This document shows, in pieces, positions 38,223-48,257 of a stretch of DNA of 64,000 nt. Position numbers and translations under genes: made by a program. Under the pieces are notes generated by a model. That model ran no database searches and was not told where the DNA came from. It worked only from the letters and a program-made list of their open reading frames with translations. The stretch spans positions 320,001 through 384,000 of the forward strand of contig CAVYIM010000003.1 in assembly GCA_963768655.1 (NCBI GenBank). The letters are read 5' to 3'. Each line of letters begins with the position of its first letter. Positions within the stretch are counted from its first letter, which is position 1. Origin of the DNA: an uncultured Chloroflexia bacterium (GTDB taxonomy: Bacteria > Chloroflexota > Limnocylindria > Limnocylindrales > CSP1-4).

Positions 38223-39386
38223 TCACACGGCTGGGACTGGCTCCATCCCGGTTCGATTGGCCGCGGCCACGACGGCCAGGTCACACACGGCGATGCCGAT
38301 GATGATCGGCCAGGCCACGGCGACGCCGAACGCGTCGCCGGCGAGCCCGAGCATGGCCGGCGCGATGAGAATCGCCAGCCCTGACCCGAGCGTGGCTCGC
38401 GCGGACGCCTGAAGCTGACCCGCCCCGGCGGTGTGCATGGCGATGGTCACTCCCACCGGCCACTGGACCGAGACGCCGCAGCCACCTACGAAGAGCCCGA
38501 TGCCGGAAAGGACCGGCACGGCCGAGATCCACGTCAGGCCCGCGCCCGCGATCGCAGCCACCAGGCCCCCGGCCAGCAGCGTGAGCGGAGAGCGGCCCGC
38601 GCCGACGCCGCTGCCAACGAGCACCCGGACCGTGACCATGCCGACCACGAACAGGCTGGCCAGCATCGTGGCGTCGGCCGTGGAGACCCCCGTCCTGAGA
38701 ATGACGACCGTGGAGCCCCAGTACACGAACGAGAATTCGATCGCCACGCCGAGGACGAGCAGCCACCAGGCCAACCAGTAGGAGCGCGGAAGGCTGGCTT
38801 TCGGAGGGCGCTCGCTTGTGGAAGCGCCGCCTTTGCGCGGCCGAAGCGCCGTGAGGGCGACGACCCAGACGATCGGCGCCAGCATCGCCAGCCGCCAGGC
38901 GTGCAGGACCGAAGCGGCCAGACCGATGGCGATCGGTGCCACCGCCGCGCCGATCATCGAGACGGCATTGGCCTGGGACAGGAGTATCCGACCTTGAGAC
39001 TGCCCGAACTGGCTCAGCTGGAGGTTGACCTGAGTCGTCAGCGTGCCGCCGCCCATGCCCAGCAAGAACGCCCCGAACAGAGAGATTGGCAGTGCGGGGG
39101 CGACGATGATCAGCAGTGCCGCGACCGCGAAGTATGCGACCGAAAGGTCCAGCAGCCGGCTCGGGCCGATCCTTCGGCCGACGACGTCGGCGGTCGCGCC
39201 TGCCACCAGCACGCCCAGGGCGAGCGCCGACGCGTGGAGCCCGGCCTCGAAAGCGCTCAGTCGCAGGTCGTCACGAAGGTATGGCGTGGCGTTGCCCAGC
39301 CCGTAGAGCATGTAGCCCCACGTGGCCAGGTAGCAGAAAGTTGTCCACTTTGCGCGTGGCCGTATCCGCGGCGTGGTGTTGTTCAT
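38223..39386 (-). CDS. MFS transporter
   Basis: About 12 TMs; ADVVGRRIG motif A-like; VAIEFSFVYWG. Confidence 0.8.
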   Translation of the reverse strand: MNNTTPRIRPRAKWTTFCYLATWGYMLYGLGNATPYLRDDLRLSAFEAGLHASALALGVLVAGATADVVGRRIGPSRLLDLSVAYFAVAALLIIVAPALPISLFGAFLLGMGGGTLTTQVNLQLSQFGQSQGRILLSQANAVSMIGAAVAPIAIGLAASVLHAWRLAMLAPIVWVVALTALRPRKGGASTSERPPKASLPRSYWLAWWLLVLGVAIEFSFVYWGSTVVILRTGVSTADATMLASLFVVGMVTVRVLVGSGVGAGRSPLTLLAGGLVAAIAGAGLTWISAVPVLSGIGLFVGGCGVSVQWPVGVTIAMHTAGAGQLQASARATLGSGLAILIAPAMLGLAGDAFGVAVAWPIIIGIAVCDLAVVAAANRTGMEPVPAV

Positions 39387-39568
39387 CGACTCGCAGTGGG
39401 CTGCGGCTGCGGGGCGTGGCGGGAGCCCCGATTGCCCGAGCGATGGGCCCGGGCATTATCCCGCCAATAGCCCGATCGCGTGGCTCACCGGGCCTGTACC
39501 CAAAGACTCAGCCGAACTGGGACGAAAGACGCGGCACGAAGACGCCCCCGTGCTCGTAGGATCCACAC

Positions 39569-40777
39569 ATGCGACGACCCAATTCGCGCCCGCTGGCGGT
39601 CGCCGGCGCGGCCGCCGTCATCATCCTGGCTTTCATCGTCGTCCAGCTCGGCTCGCCCTCCCCGGGCCCGACCGGAAGCCCCGGCGAGTCGGGCCCCGGC
39701 GTGGCGCTATCCAGCGCGACCTCGAGCCCGGGCAACGGCTCGACCGCCACATCCTCGGAAATCACCAGCGCCATCGCCGCCGCGACCGGCGGCGGTACTT
39801 CGTCCGCATCCGCAACCCAGGGCGGCAACTCGACGGCCGGCCCGATCGCGACGCCGGGAGCGACCGTGCGCGCCACGCCGGTAGCCACAGAGGGCCCGAC
39901 GCCAGTGGCCACTGCGGTCGCGACGCCGGTCGCAACTCCGGCCCCGACGCACACGCCGGCCAGCTCGTCGACGTGTCCGATGTTCCCGGCCTCGAACGTG
40001 TGGAACAAGGACATCTCCAAGCTGCCGGTGGCCTCGAACTCGGCGACCATGATCGCCGCCATCGGCCTTGACGCCCGCCTGCATCCGGACTTCGACGCCA
40101 TTGGCGATGGCATCCCCTACAACGTCGTGACCTCGAGCACGCCCACGTACAAGGTCAGCTTCGAGTACGCTGACGAGTCGGACCCCGGCCCCTACCCGAT
40201 CCCGGCCAGCCCCAAGATCGAGAGCGGATCGGACCGCCACATGCTGCTGCTCGATACCAGCGCCTGCCGGCTGTACGAGCTGTACGACGCCACCAGGTCG
40301 GGCTCGAGCTGGCATGCGGGTTCAGGGGCGATCTGGAACCTGCGGTCGAATGCCCTGAGGCCCGCCGGCTGGACGAGCGCCGACGCGGCCGGGCTGCCCA
40401 TCCTGCCCGGGCTCGTCCTCTACAGCCAGGTAGCGTCGGGCAGCATCAACCATGCGATTCGCTTCACCGCCCCGCACACTTGCGGCTTCATCTACCCTGC
40501 CCGCCATGAGACGGCCGCCCCGTGCAAGACACTCCCGCCGATGGGACTCAGGCTCCGCCTCAAGGCCTCGGTGGACATCTCCGGCTTCGGGCCCCAGGCA
40601 AGAGTGGTGCTGACCGCGCTCAAGAAGTACGGCATGATCCTGGCCGACAACGGGTCGCCCTGGTACATCACCGGCGAGCCGAGCAGCCACTGGAACGACG
40701 ACGAGCTGCACAAGCTGGGGAACCTGACGGGCGCCGATTTCGAAGTCGTCGACACCAGCGGCCTGACCAACGACTGA
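39569..40777 (+). CDS. Secreted or membrane-anchored hypothetical protein with Ser/Thr/Pro linker
   Basis: N-terminal TM, low-complexity linker, globular domain (FPASNVWNKDIS, GSDRHML, SADAAGLPILPGL, HAIRFT, YGMILADNG). Confidence 0.75.
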   Translation: MRRPNSRPLAVAGAAAVIILAFIVVQLGSPSPGPTGSPGESGPGVALSSATSSPGNGSTATSSEITSAIAAATGGGTSSASATQGGNSTAGPIATPGATVRATPVATEGPTPVATAVATPVATPAPTHTPASSSTCPMFPASNVWNKDISKLPVASNSATMIAAIGLDARLHPDFDAIGDGIPYNVVTSSTPTYKVSFEYADESDPGPYPIPASPKIESGSDRHMLLLDTSACRLYELYDATRSGSSWHAGSGAIWNLRSNALRPAGWTSADAAGLPILPGLVLYSQVASGSINHAIRFTAPHTCGFIYPARHETAAPCKTLPPMGLRLRLKASVDISGFGPQARVVLTALKKYGMILADNGSPWYITGEPSSHWNDDELHKLGNLTGADFEVVDTSGLTND

Positions 40778-40936
40778 GCGCGAACCGCCGCTCCCTGACG
40801 ACCGATCGGTGCGCTGACGCCCCACCCGTACTTTTATGGGAGTGGAGGCGCGGAAGGGTCGCGCTAACCTGCCGACGTTGCTTGCGTTGCTTTCCTGGGC
40901 CTGCCAGGTCCGTCACATCGAGCAGTAGGAGCCTCC

Positions 40937-41452
40937 GTGCTCATCCCGTTCATCGGGTATGCCCTGGGTCGTCGCTACATCGGCTATGTCGAGTGCGCGG
41001 CCGAACGCCTGACCGACCTCCTGAACCACACGGACTCGATCGTCATCCGCGAGGCCTACGTCGAGAGCTTCGAAGACGACACCGTCGTAAACCTGGGCGA
41101 CGGCGAGGTGGATCGCTCACTCCTATACGCGGTCGAAACGTCCGGTGCCAGAGGCGAGGAGATCCGCCGCGTCACCACGGTTCGCCACAGGCTGCAGGTT
41201 CAGATCGGCCCGTATAGCGCCCTGGGCCTGCTGCACGCCGCGCCCGGGCAGATGCCGCTCCCGTACCTGACGTCGCACGGCCCGATGATCCCGCTGTCCG
41301 ACGCAACGCTCGGGTTCACCGCCCGAGGGGCCCTGACGCTGCGGGACGTCGGAACTCTCATCGTGAACCGTGACCTGCTCGACTGGGTCCGGGCGAGCGA
41401 TGAGCAGGCCGCCGCCTTCCCGGGCGTGCCGGTGGTCACCGACCGCGCCTGA
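40937..41452 (+). CDS. Hypothetical protein with tandem DUF6812-like repeats
   Basis: RLTDLLN...IVIREA; G.LH...IPLSDATL...LIVNRDLLDWV; AGGAG SD. Confidence 0.6.
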   Translation: MLIPFIGYALGRRYIGYVECAAERLTDLLNHTDSIVIREAYVESFEDDTVVNLGDGEVDRSLLYAVETSGARGEEIRRVTTVRHRLQVQIGPYSALGLLHAAPGQMPLPYLTSHGPMIPLSDATLGFTARGALTLRDVGTLIVNRDLLDWVRASDEQAAAFPGVPVVTDRA

Positions 41453-41719
41453 CCGGCGGCGCCCACGGCAGTCGGAAGCCGGGCTGTCCGCGCCCCGACG
41501 CGGCCCCGCGCCCGCCTTCCCGCCGCTCGCACGGACCGGCCCGCCCTCCGCCCGGCGGCCGTCCGCCCTCGGCCGTCCCGCCTCAAGCCGGCACCTCCGC
41601 GGCCGAAGCCTCAGATGCGCAAGTGCGTCCCGGTATTTCCAGGGGAGGACGGATCGATGTGCCGGTCGGAGGCGCCCGGTGGACCCTCGGGGCGGCAGCC
41701 TGGCCTGGCCCTTCGCTCC

Positions 41720-42286
41720 CTACAGCCCCAGCGTCTCGCGGATTGTCTTGAGGCCGGCCACCACGTTCGAGACGTGTTCCTCGAACGGGACCCCGAGCTC
41801 CTCGGCGCCACGCACCAGCTGATCTCGAGGGACCTGTCGGGCGAAGCCTTTGTCCTTCATCTTCTTGACGACGGCGTGCGGGTCCACTTCGTCGAGACTC
41901 CGGTTGGGCCGGACGTAGGTCACCGCAATCACAAAGCCCGAAAGCTCGTCGCAGGCGTAGACGGTCTTGGCGACGAGGCTCGTACGCCGGACGCCGGTAT
42001 GGTCCCCGTGGCCGAGCACGGCCTCGACCACGACGTCGGGATAGCCGAGACGCCGCAGCTCCTCGGCCCCGCGCATGGGGTGAGTCTCGGGGAAGCGCTC
42101 GTAGTCGAAGTCGTGGAGCAGGCCGGCGATGCGCCAGGTCTCGAGCTCGGGACCGGCGATGGCGAAACGGTTCGCGCCGTACCACGCCACCGTCGCCTCG
42201 ACCGCAAGGCCGTGCTTGCGAAGCGCCTCGCTCGGCGACCATTCCGTCAGCAGCTGCCACGCATCCGCGCGACTCGGGCCAGCCAT
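41720..42286 (-). CDS. HD/HDIG-domain metal-dependent phosphohydrolase
   Basis: KHGLAV, GLLHDFD, HPMRG, LGHGD, CDELSG; AAGGAGG SD. Confidence 0.85.
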   Translation of the reverse strand: MAGPSRADAWQLLTEWSPSEALRKHGLAVEATVAWYGANRFAIAGPELETWRIAGLLHDFDYERFPETHPMRGAEELRRLGYPDVVVEAVLGHGDHTGVRRTSLVAKTVYACDELSGFVIAVTYVRPNRSLDEVDPHAVVKKMKDKGFARQVPRDQLVRGAEELGVPFEEHVSNVVAGLKTIRETLGL

Positions 42287-42375
42287 GGAAGCCTCCTTGC
42301 GGGGAGCGTACCATCGACGCCGGATAACTGGCACGGTCCGGCAACAGGAAGGCGCGAACACGGAGGGGAAGATCG

Positions 42376-43191
42376 ATGAGCCGTCTGCGGGTGGCACTGG
42401 TCCAGCTCGCCGCCGACCAGGATGTGGCCGCGAACGTGGAGCGGGCCGCCGCGCTCGTCCGGCAGACCGGCGAGATGACCCCCCAGCTGGTCGCGCTGCC
42501 GGAGATGTTCCTTTACCGTGGCCCCGCCGCGGGATGGCGGGAGTCGGCCGCCGAGCTGCCCGGCCCGACGACGGCGCCCTTCGCCGAGCTGGCCCGCGCA
42601 CTCGACACGTGGATCTTGCTCGGCAGCGTGGCCGAACGCTCGCCCGATCCGCAGCGCCCCTACAACACCTCCGTCCTGCTGGACCCGTCCGGCCAGATTT
42701 GCGTGACGTACCGCAAGCGGCATCTCTTCGACGTCGCCATCGACAACGGGCCGTCCGATCGCGAGTCGGCGCGCACGACGCCCGGTGAGCGAAGCGTCGT
42801 TGCGGTGATGCAGGGCGCCGCCCAGGAGGCAGACGTCCGGATCGGCCTCAGCATCTGCTTCGACCTTCGCTATCCGGAGCTCTACCGCGAGATGACGGCC
42901 GCTGGGGCGGTGGTTCTGGCGGTCCCCGCGAACTTCACCGAGGCCACGGGGCGGGACCACTGGGAGGTGCTGCTGCGCGCTCGGGCGATCGAGAACGGCG
43001 CCTTCGTAGTTGCCCCGGCGCAATGCGGCATCGGCGGCGGCGTTCCGACCCATGGCCGCAGCATGATCGTGGACCCGTGGGGGACGGTGATTGCGCAGGC
43101 GCCGGACGGCCCGGGCGCGGTCGTAGCCGATCTCGAGATGGACCGAGTGGTACAGGTGCGGCGGCAACTCCCCACGCAGCCGACCCGCTGA
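42376..43191 (+). CDS. Carbon-nitrogen hydrolase (Nit1/deaminated-glutathione amidase-like)
   Basis: LPEMF, YRKRHLFDV, ICFDLRYPE, ARAIEN, GRSMIVDPWG. Confidence 0.92.
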   Translation: MSRLRVALVQLAADQDVAANVERAAALVRQTGEMTPQLVALPEMFLYRGPAAGWRESAAELPGPTTAPFAELARALDTWILLGSVAERSPDPQRPYNTSVLLDPSGQICVTYRKRHLFDVAIDNGPSDRESARTTPGERSVVAVMQGAAQEADVRIGLSICFDLRYPELYREMTAAGAVVLAVPANFTEATGRDHWEVLLRARAIENGAFVVAPAQCGIGGGVPTHGRSMIVDPWGTVIAQAPDGPGAVVADLEMDRVVQVRRQLPTQPTR

Positions 43192-43305
43192 CGACCGCAC
43201 GCGCCGCGCCTCGGGCTCGGCGCAGCAGAACCATTGGCCACGGCTCCGCGCTGCCCCAGCGTTCCTTCGCGCCCCAGTTCGCCCGCGACGACCGCGCTGG
43301 ACGCC

Positions 43306-44127
43306 TCAGGCGGCGCCCCACCTCCGCAGCGACACTTCCGCCTCGACACCTTCGGCCTGGGATCCTTCGCCCGCCGGCGTCGCAGGCTCGTCGAGCAGAG
43401 AGATCAGCTGCTCGCGGTTGACCAGGGCGAACGGGAAGCGGCTGACCAGGGCCGGGTCGCTCGTCCAGCGGATCGTCAGTTCCGTGATCGGGATGAAATG
43501 GGGATCCGGGGACTCAAGGAACTGCTTCATCGATCCGTATGTGTGGACGTGCAAGTTGCCGCGCAGGCTATAGCCGGGCGTGACGATCGTGGCCTTGCGG
43601 CGTTCCTTCTGGACGACCGGTGCGCCGGGACGGCTCGTGGCCATCACGGTCCGTTCCGCGACCATGACGATCTGGTTCAGACGGACCCACAGCGTGCCCC
43701 TCTGATGGTCGGGATCCGGCAGGTTGCCGTGGCCGAGGTGGGCCAGCGACGCTTCCTGGACCCGGATGAACCCTTGCTGCATGTTCATCCAGTCGCTCAG
43801 CCGCGGGAACTGGCCCGTGCAGATCTGGCCGGAGATCTGGAAGCCGTCGCCGAAGATCTCGACATCGACGATAGGCCCGACCTCGACGTCCTCGGATGGC
43901 TCCTTCCACGGGTCGTCGGCCTGCGCCGTCGGCGGACCGAGCGTGCCCCAGACGGGATCGAACCCGGAGACGTTACCGAACCCGCCGTCGTCCCGGCCGG
44001 ATCGCGGGTCTCCCAGGCGAATGAACGGCGAGCCGCCACGGGCCCCGGAGTCAGCCCCGAACTCGACGTCGCGGTCCGGCGCGTCGCCCGCTCGAAAGCC
44101 CCCGAAGAACCCAGGTCTGCCGCTCAT
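43306..44127 (-). CDS. Hypothetical protein with tandem DUF6812-like repeats
   Basis: ISGQI...RLSDWMN...FIRVQEA; LRGNLHV...FIPITE...FALVNREQL. Confidence 0.6.
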   Translation of the reverse strand: MSGRPGFFGGFRAGDAPDRDVEFGADSGARGGSPFIRLGDPRSGRDDGGFGNVSGFDPVWGTLGPPTAQADDPWKEPSEDVEVGPIVDVEIFGDGFQISGQICTGQFPRLSDWMNMQQGFIRVQEASLAHLGHGNLPDPDHQRGTLWVRLNQIVMVAERTVMATSRPGAPVVQKERRKATIVTPGYSLRGNLHVHTYGSMKQFLESPDPHFIPITELTIRWTSDPALVSRFPFALVNREQLISLLDEPATPAGEGSQAEGVEAEVSLRRWGAA

Positions 44128-44942
44128 TGCCTTTCCTGCGTAGCACCAAGGAGATGCGACTGAAGCACCCGTTCTAGTTGTCGGCACCGGGCCGGCGATC
44201 TGAAGCCCGAGATTCGTCGGGTGCGGTGTTCGCCACTCGCGTGCGACGGTGGCAGGTTTCGCTTGCGTCATCCTGAATGAGTGGCGTTGTGCTGAACATT
44301 CCCCGGCTGTGGCAATCCAGCGAACGTACGCGACGCTACGCCGGACGGGGACCGCCCGTGGGACCCCGTTGACAGCGCGCACAGCCCCTTCCGGGGGCGC
44401 GGCGCATGCCGGGCCGAAGAATCATCCGGCGTCATCCGGCGCGAGGCGCCCGAACCCCAGCGCGCTGCCCGGTTGGTGTCGAGCTGGGCCGGACAGCCAT
44501 ACACTTTCGACCCCGAAGAGGTCGAGCAGGCTCCGCTGTCCACCCGGTGGACACATCCGACCGGACGACCGGCCCAAGATCTCCGACCCGGTCGATCCTA
44601 GCTCACTCCGTGGACCGAATCGGCAGGCTGCACCGCCGGCGGGTGAGTTGCCGGCCGCCAGTGTCGACCTGTCTTGGCAGCCGCACCGATTCGACGAGTG
44701 GCTCAGGAGCCTGTCGGGCAGGATGTCGCATGTGACCAGGCGGTGAGCAATCGGGGCGAGATTCGACTCGTTTGGTCGAATCTGTGTCTGCACGTGAGCA
44801 AATCCGCCCTGGGGCCGCCGCGGTCTCCGTGGCGCGCACTGCAACCCGCTCACTCGCCCCGCCAGCCGCTCGGCGCGGGCGTCTCGCCGCTCGCCGCGGG
44901 CATCTCGCCGCTCGCCCCGCCAGCCGCCCGGCGCGGGGCGTC

Positions 44943-46481
44943 TCAGCTCTCGTCGGCGGGCGGCTCCCCGGGCAGCGAAAGAGTGAAGGCCGCGCCCCGA
45001 CCCGCCTCCGCCGGCTCGAGCCAGAGCTCGCCGCCCATGGCCTGGAGGAGCTGGCGCGACACGTACAGGCCGAGTCCGGTGCCCTCGCCGCTGGGCTGAC
45101 CCGCGCCCCGCGTGAAACGGGTGAACAGGCGCTCGCGATCCGCCTCGGGCACGCCGGGTCCATGGTCGGCGATGGTGATGTGGAGCCGATCGATCGTATC
45201 GTCGACACAGACCCCGACCTCCACGCTGCCCTCGCGCCCGCCGTACTTCACGGCATTGTCCAGCAGAGCCCACAGCACCTGGTCCAGCTGATCCGGATCT
45301 GCCATTGCCAGCCAGCCGTGGGCGTCGTCGGTCAGCTCGAAGCCCACGTCGGTGGCATTGAGCGCCTCCCAGGCGCGCCGGACGCGCGGCCCTATGGCGA
45401 TTACTTCCGGTTCGGCGCGCAGCACGCCCGCCTCGAGGCGAGTGACGGTCAGGAGCTGGCGGACGAGCCTCGTCAGCCGGCCCGATTGCTCGGCGACGAT
45501 CGCCAGGCGGCGGTCCATCTCGGGGTCCGTCGTGGTGGTCCGGAGCTGCTCCACGTAGGCGCGGATGCTCGTGAGCGGCGTCTGGAGGTTGTGGCTGACG
45601 CCGCGCAGGAACTCGTCCTTGGCGGCGTCCAGCTCGCGCAGCTGAGCGTTCTGGCTCTCGATCCGGCCGAACAGCTCGGCGTTGCGGAGGGCCACGCCGA
45701 CCTCGCTGGCGAACAGCTGGAGGAGATCCTGGTCGGCGCGTTCCCAGTTGCGAGTTGCCGGCACGTGGCCGGTGAGCACGCCCAGGGTCTCGGCGCCGGC
45801 GCGAATCTCGGCCCGCACCGGGCCCGGGTCGCCGGGGATCCGCTCCTCGACGGCGACGGCGTCGGCCCTGCCGAGCCTGGCCTGGCAATCGATGAGATTG
45901 AATATCTGGCGGGCGTCGCGCTCGGCCTGGGCCAAGAGCGGAGCCACTCCATGGCTCGGGGCGTAGGCGGCGATCGCGGTCAGGAGCGCGTCCAGCTCGG
46001 CGTTGCGGCGCCGGGCGTCGGCGGCGATGCGATTGTGGCTCTCGGCCAGGCGGGCCAGCTCGTCGTCGCCGGTGAGATGGATCGGCGGGCTGGCATCACC
46101 GGCCGCAACGCGCTCGACCGCGGTGGTGATGCGGCGCAGCGGCGCGGTCAGGCTGCTTGCGAGCAGGGCTGCGGCGAGCAGCCCGAAGAAGCCGGCGCCG
46201 GCGATGGCGAGGGCGAGCAGACTGGTGACGGCCCGCTCATTGCTCTCCCAGCCCGCGGCGATGACGGCGATGCCGAACACGGCGAGCGGCAGGACGGCCA
46301 CGACGATGAGGCCGAGTGTCAGCAGCACGCGGAACGGCAGGTCGAGGCCGCGACCTCGAGCGTGCGCTGGCACGGGGCGCTCGGGTCGCCGGTCGACCTC
46401 GGGCGAGCCGCCCGTCTGGGGCGCGCCTTCGACTTCCGCCGGTCTGTCGGCCTGGGCCGGCGCCGGCTCAGGCGTCGTCAC
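44943..46481 (-). CDS. HAMP-domain sensor histidine kinase with atypical H-box
   Basis: TMs, HAMP (GDDELARLAESHN), VSHNLQTPL, LLDNAVKY, DHGPGV, GTGLGLY. Confidence 0.88.
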   Translation of the reverse strand: MTTPEPAPAQADRPAEVEGAPQTGGSPEVDRRPERPVPAHARGRGLDLPFRVLLTLGLIVVAVLPLAVFGIAVIAAGWESNERAVTSLLALAIAGAGFFGLLAAALLASSLTAPLRRITTAVERVAAGDASPPIHLTGDDELARLAESHNRIAADARRRNAELDALLTAIAAYAPSHGVAPLLAQAERDARQIFNLIDCQARLGRADAVAVEERIPGDPGPVRAEIRAGAETLGVLTGHVPATRNWERADQDLLQLFASEVGVALRNAELFGRIESQNAQLRELDAAKDEFLRGVSHNLQTPLTSIRAYVEQLRTTTTDPEMDRRLAIVAEQSGRLTRLVRQLLTVTRLEAGVLRAEPEVIAIGPRVRRAWEALNATDVGFELTDDAHGWLAMADPDQLDQVLWALLDNAVKYGGREGSVEVGVCVDDTIDRLHITIADHGPGVPEADRERLFTRFTRGAGQPSGEGTGLGLYVSRQLLQAMGGELWLEPAEAGRGAAFTLSLPGEPPADES

Positions 46482-47175
46482 GGTTCGAAACCAGCCGGTA
46501 GCCGACCCCACGAACGGTTAGCAAGTGGACCGGCTTCCCGGGGTCGACCTCCACTTTCTGGCGCAGCCGGCGCATCGAAACCCAGACGTAGGAGGGGTCG
46601 GCCTCTTCGGTGTCGGCCCAGCCGCGAGCCAGGAGCGTGTCCGTCGTGACGATCTCGCCGAGGTTGGCGGCCAGGGTCTGGAGCAGCCGCGACTCCGTCG
46701 GCGTCAGCTGGACCTCCGTGCCGGCGACCGTTGCCGCGCGGCGGTGGAGGTCGAGCGTGAGGTTCGGCCCCAGGACCAGCGACTGACGAGGGATCCGGTC
46801 ACCCAGCCGTCGGAGGACGCGCTGGATGCGGGCCCGCAGCTCCGGATAGTGGTAGGGCTTGGAGACGTAGTCCTCGGCGACCTCGTCTAGCAGGCGGGCC
46901 TTGCTGTCGGCGGTGTCGATGGCCGACAGGACGATGATCGGCAGGTCCGCCTCGGCCTTGATCTGGCGCGCCAGGGCCAGGCCGTCGATGCGCGGCATCA
47001 TCAGGTCGAGCAGGATCAGGTCCGGCCAGCCGGCGTCCAGGCGCCGCAGCGCCTCCTGACCGTCGCGCGCCGTCGCCACGTCGTAGCCGTCGTCGCGCAG
47101 CTGCTCGGCCAGCACGACACGGAGATTCGGATCGTCGTCGACGAGCAGGATGCGTTGTGCCCTGTGCTCGATCAT
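46468..47175 (-). CDS. OmpR/KdpE-like response regulator
   Basis: ILLVDDD, LDLMMPRIDG, EDYVSKPY, LTPTESRLL, TVRGVGY. Confidence 0.9.
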   Translation of the reverse strand: MIEHRAQRILLVDDDPNLRVVLAEQLRDDGYDVATARDGQEALRRLDAGWPDLILLDLMMPRIDGLALARQIKAEADLPIIVLSAIDTADSKARLLDEVAEDYVSKPYHYPELRARIQRVLRRLGDRIPRQSLVLGPNLTLDLHRRAATVAGTEVQLTPTESRLLQTLAANLGEIVTTDTLLARGWADTEEADPSYVWVSMRRLRQKVEVDPGKPVHLLTVRGVGYRLVSNRDDA

Positions 47176-47324
47176 TCGCGCCTCTTGCCTCCCCGCCAGA
47201 GCGCCCTGGGCTGTGGCGAGTATAGGTGGGGGAGTGGCCCGGCGACGAGCGCGGGAGCGGGGCGGCCGCCCGGGGGGCGAGTGGCGGTTCCCGAGTCCGG
47301 ATCCTGCGGTTGTCCGGCTCAGCC

Positions 47325-48257
47325 CTACTCCGCCCTGGGGTCGAAGTAGCGGCAGCGCGGCGCCACGGGGCAGTGCTCGCAGTCCGGGCGTTGGGCGTGG
47401 CACGTCCGGCGGCCGTGAGTGATCAGCGAGACGTGGGCCTCGTACATCTGCTCGGGCGCGAGCATCGCCAGGTACAGGTCGTGGGCCTCGTCCGGGTCCG
47501 CCTTCGCCGGGATCAGGCCGATGCGCTGGCTGACGCGGAGGACATGGCGATCCACCGGCATGAGGGGCGTGCCGAAGCTGAACAGCAGCACCACTGAAGC
47601 CGTCTTCTTGCCGATGCCGGGGATGGCGGCCAGCCAGTCGCGGGCCTCCAGCGGCGGCTTCGCGGCCAGGAAGTCGAGCGAGTAGCTGCCGCCGTTGGCG
47701 CGCAGGGCACCGAGCGCGGCCGGGATGCGAGGCGCCTTCTGGTTGGCCAGGCCGCCGGGCCGGATGACGTCGGTCAGTTCGGCCAGCGGGGCGGCTTCTA
47801 CGGCCGCCCAGTCGGGCGGAGGCAGGGCCGGCAGGCCGCGGCCGCCCCAGCCGGGCAGCTCGCGCGGTTCGGTGGGCGCGCCGGCGGGCGTCGGCGCCGA
47901 TGGGTAGGCGGCGCGGAGCGCCTCGAACGCCACCTCGGCGTTGATGTCGGCGCTGTTCGCGGACAGGATCGTGAGAACGAGCTCGCTCACCGGCTCGAGG
48001 CGGGGCTGCCAGACGGGCCGGCCGTTGGCCTGGGCCAGGCGGTCGAGGACGAAGGAGACGAGGCCCGGGCGCTTGGCGTCGAGCTTGCGGGCCCAGGCGC
48101 GGGCGACCTGCTCGGGGCCGGGCTTGCGACGGCGCGCGCTCGAGGCCGACTTCGACTTCGAGGCCGACTTCGACCCGGCGGCCGGGGCGGCAGCCGGCCC
48201 GGCCCGCCTCGGCGACCCGGCGGCGGCCGGCGAGCCGGCGGTCGACTTCGGGCTCAT
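47325..48257 (-). CDS. nth: Endonuclease III (HhH-GPD, 4Fe-4S)
   Basis: ELVLTILS, IPGIGKKTA, PVDRHV, CHAQRPDCEHCPVAPRC. Confidence 0.85.
   Translation of the reverse strand: MSPKSTAGSPAAAGSPRRAGPAAAPAAGSKSASKSKSASSARRRKPGPEQVARAWARKLDAKRPGLVSFVLDRLAQANGRPVWQPRLEPVSELVLTILSANSADINAEVAFEALRAAYPSAPTPAGAPTEPRELPGWGGRGLPALPPPDWAAVEAAPLAELTDVIRPGGLANQKAPRIPAALGALRANGGSYSLDFLAAKPPLEARDWLAAIPGIGKKTASVVLLFSFGTPLMPVDRHVLRVSQRIGLIPAKADPDEAHDLYLAMLAPEQMYEAHVSLITHGRRTCHAQRPDCEHCPVAPRCRYFDPRAE

Noticed and set aside
44772-46649. 625-aa plus-strand ORF and similar long antisense ORFs throughout the window
   Set aside because: They are shadow frames of real genes in high-GC DNA, with no motifs and biased Arg/Gly/Ala composition.
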